Shown here piece by piece: positions 60,846 to 64,000 of a stretch of 64,000 bases of DNA. Below the pieces are notes generated by a model, which saw only the letters and a list, made by a program, of their open reading frames with translations, had not been told where the DNA came from and ran no database searches. The stretch's first letter is position 1; each line of letters begins with the position of its first letter. A program made the position numbers and the translations under genes. Origin of the DNA: Octopus vulgaris (Eukaryota); NCBI GenBank assembly GCA_951406725.2, contig OX597838.1, positions 19,592,001 to 19,656,000 on the forward strand, read 5' to 3'.

Positions 60846-61265
60846 TGCGGCCATGCTGGAGCACTGCATTAATTGGTTTTAGTCGAAGAAATCGACCGGA
60901 AGGACTTGTTCTTTGTAAGTCTAGTACTTATTCTATCAGGCCTCTTTTGCCGAACCGCTAAGTTACAGGGACGTAAACACACCAACACCGGTTTTCAACC
61001 GATGGTATGGGCACAAACACAGAAACAAAGACATACGCACACACACACATACACACACATACGCACACGCGCGCGTGTACACACACACACACACACATTC
61101 TCTCTCTTACACACATACATATATGCGACGGGCTTCTTTCAGTCTCCGTCTACCAAATCCACTCACAAGGCTTTGGTCGGCCCGAGGTTAAAGTTGAAGA
61201 CACTTGGCCGAGGTGTCACGGAGTGGGAATGAATCCGGAACTATGTGCTTGGGAAGCTAGCTTCT
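60846..61265 (-). mobile_element. Family A SINE (head interrupted by a family B array)
   Basis: Reverse complement of family A. Confidence 0.82.
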
Positions 61266-62237
61266 TATTTCGTTATTGCTCACAAGGGGCTAAACATAGA
61301 GGGGACAAACAAGGAGAGACGAACGGATTAAGTCGATTAGATCAACCCCAGTGCGTAACTGGAACTTATTTAATCGACCCCGAAAGAATGAAAGGCAAAG
61401 TCGACCTCGGCGGAATTTGAACTCAGAACCTAGCGGCAGACGAAATACCTATTTCTTTACTACCCACAGGGGGTTAAACACAGAGAGGACAAACAAGGAC
61501 AGACAAACGGATTAAGTCGATTATATCGACCCTAGTGCGTAACTGGAACTTATTTAATCGACCCCGAAAGAATGAAAGGCAAAGTCGACCTCGGCGGAAT
61601 TTGAACTCAGAACCTAGCGGCAGACGAAATACCTATTTCTTTACTACCCACAGGGGGTTAAACACAGAGAGGACAAACAACGACAGACAAACGGATTAAG
61701 TCGATTATATCGACCCTAGTGCGTAACTGGTACTTATTTAATCGACCCCGAAAGAATGAAAGGCAAAGTCGACCTCGGCGGAATTTGAACTCAGAACCTA
61801 GCGGCAGACGAAATACCTATTTCTTTACTACCCACAGGGGGTTAAACACAGAGAGGACAAACAAGGACAGACAAAGAGATTAAGTCGATTAGATCGACCC
61901 CAGTGCGTAACTGGTACTTAATTTATCGACCCCGAAAGGATGAAAGGCAAAGTCGACCTCGGCGGAATTTGAACTCAGAACGTAGCGGCAGACGAAATAC
62001 CTATTTCTTTACTACCCACAGGGGGCTAAACACAGAGCAGGCAAACAAGGACAGACAAACGGATTAAGTCGATTATATATCGACCCTAGTGCGTAACTGG
62101 TACTTATTTAATCGACCCCGAAAGGATGAAAGGCAAAGTCGACCTCGGCGGAATTTGAACTCAGAACGTAACGACAGACGAAATACTGCTAAGCATTTCG
62201 CCCGACGCGTTAACGTTTCTGCCAGCTCGCCGCCTTC
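61266..62237 (-). repeat. Family B concatemer: head plus 5 units of about 184 bp
   Basis: GAAATACCTATTTC junctions at about 61442, 61626, 61810 and 61994. Confidence 0.93.
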
Positions 62238-62303
62238 TGACTGTTATTTCTACCAGGTCGATCGACCAAGTAAGACATACGCCGTTGTCGGCTCGTAATC
62301 TAT

Positions 62304-62349
<46 letters not shown>

Positions 62350-62521
62350 ATGTGGTGTAAGTCGCATGTGCTAGAGTCAACTGATTGCTCAATAATGAAT
62401 ATTGAACAACAGATATCTTGTCGAATATCTGTGTGTCTGTTTGTTCAGCATGTTTGCGAGGTTGTGTTTTAGCATTTGCTGAAAAACAGAGAAAAAATAA
62501 GAGAAAGAAAGAGAGAGAGAG

Positions 62522-62559
<38 letters not shown>

Positions 62560-62694
62560 GGAGAGTATGTAAACGGCATTAGCGAATTTCTTGTTCGCGT
62601 GTATGTGAGTGTACATGTGTGCGTATGTCTGTGTGTGTGCGTGTGTTTGTGTGTGTGTGTGTATGTGTGCTTTGTATATATGTATGTATGTATG

Positions 62695-62774
<80 letters not shown>

Positions 62775-62795
62775 CATATACATATATACATATAC

Positions 62796-62846
<51 letters not shown>

Positions 62847-62996
62847 CATATATAGGTATGTGGTGTGTGTGTGTGTGTGTGTGTGTGTGAGTGAGTGTGT
62901 GTGTAAGTGTGTGTGTGTGAGTGTATGATAGTGTGTTTGTGTGTGAGAGTGTGTGCGTGTGTGAATGTGTGTGTGAGCGTGTGTGTGAATGTGTGA

Positions 62997-63037
<41 letters not shown>

Positions 63038-63279
63038 TATATGGATATACAGTGGGTGCTGCTTATTATCATCATGACAATGTTATCAACTGGCTATTGT
63101 TATCAAAGTTAGTGGTGGCAAAGCACATTGCTTAATGTTATCACCTATTGTTATTGTTATCAAAAAAGTCTTCATCTTTATTCATCAGAATTAATGGTCT
63201 TCACTTCACATAGCATGAATGTATGAATGTATGAATAAGTGTATGTATGCATGCAGGCATGCGTACGCGTATATAAAGG

Positions 63280-63360
<81 letters not shown>

Positions 63361-63415
63361 CATATATATAAATTTATATATACGAGCATGAATATATTTA
63401 TACGTGTATGTATAG

Positions 63416-63453
<38 letters not shown>

Positions 63454-63480
63454 TGGAAGGCGATACTTTGTATTGCATTA

Positions 63481-63540
<60 letters not shown>

Positions 63541-63582
63541 TGCATGCATGTATATACATGTGAGTTTAGCTGTATATGTGTG

Positions 63583-63629
<47 letters not shown>

Positions 63630-63631
<2 letters not shown>

Positions 63632-63955
63632 AGCACTCCGTCGGTTAAGATGACGTGAGTCCCAGCTGATGCGATAAACGGAACAACAGCTTGCTCGTGA
63701 AATTAATGTGCAAGTGCCCGAGCATTCCACAGGCATGTGTACCCCTAACGTAGTTCTCAGGGAGATTCAGCATGTCACAGAGTGTGACAAGGCTGGCCCT
63801 TTGAAATACAGGTACAACTCAGTTTTGCCAGCTGAGTGAACTGGAGCAACGTGAAATAAAGTGTCTTGCTCAAGGACACAACGCGTCGCTGGGAATTGAA
63901 CTCACGACCTTACAATCGCGTGTCGAATGCCCTAACCACTAAGCCACGCGCCTTC
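63630..63955 (-). mobile_element. tRNA-derived CORE-SINE (family F)
   Basis: GGCGCGTGGCTTAGTGGTTAGGGCATTCG...GAGTTCAATTCCC then the CORE-like GTTGTGTCCTTGAGCAAGACACTTTATTTCAC. Confidence 0.83.
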
Positions 63956-64000
63956 AGTATTCGTATATTTTCATTTGTCTTGCCCATTTTTACATTTTGG

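Overview
Eukaryotic, repeat-saturated, apparently non-coding DNA (intergenic or a large intron). The microsatellite load ((TA)n, (TACA)n, (CA)n, (GATA)n, (AAT)n, (GAT)n) and the tRNA-derived SINE families are what I associate with coleoid cephalopods, probably Octopus (inference). I found no intact host protein-coding gene. Almost all listed ORFs are microsatellite translations. The real coding remnants are decayed transposons: mariner, Tc1, maT-like, hAT, MULE, Chapaev3-like, RTE, R4/Dong-like endonuclease and a Penelope GIY-YIG. One U6 snRNA copy and one 5S rRNA copy are present, both probably pseudogenes. The main signals not shown by the ORF track are: (1) roughly ten minimal type I hammerhead-ribozyme motifs, intact or degraded, of the Penelope-associated kind, including a tRNA-headed SINE-like element with a hammerhead tail in an inverted arrangement and a G3:C8 core variant; (2) a SINE family forming 184-185 bp head-to-tail concatemers with a fixed junction, two of them flanked by 14-bp target-site duplications; (3) a nest of retroelements sitting specifically in (AAT)n tracts. 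All coordinates and folds were read by eye and may be off by a few bases.
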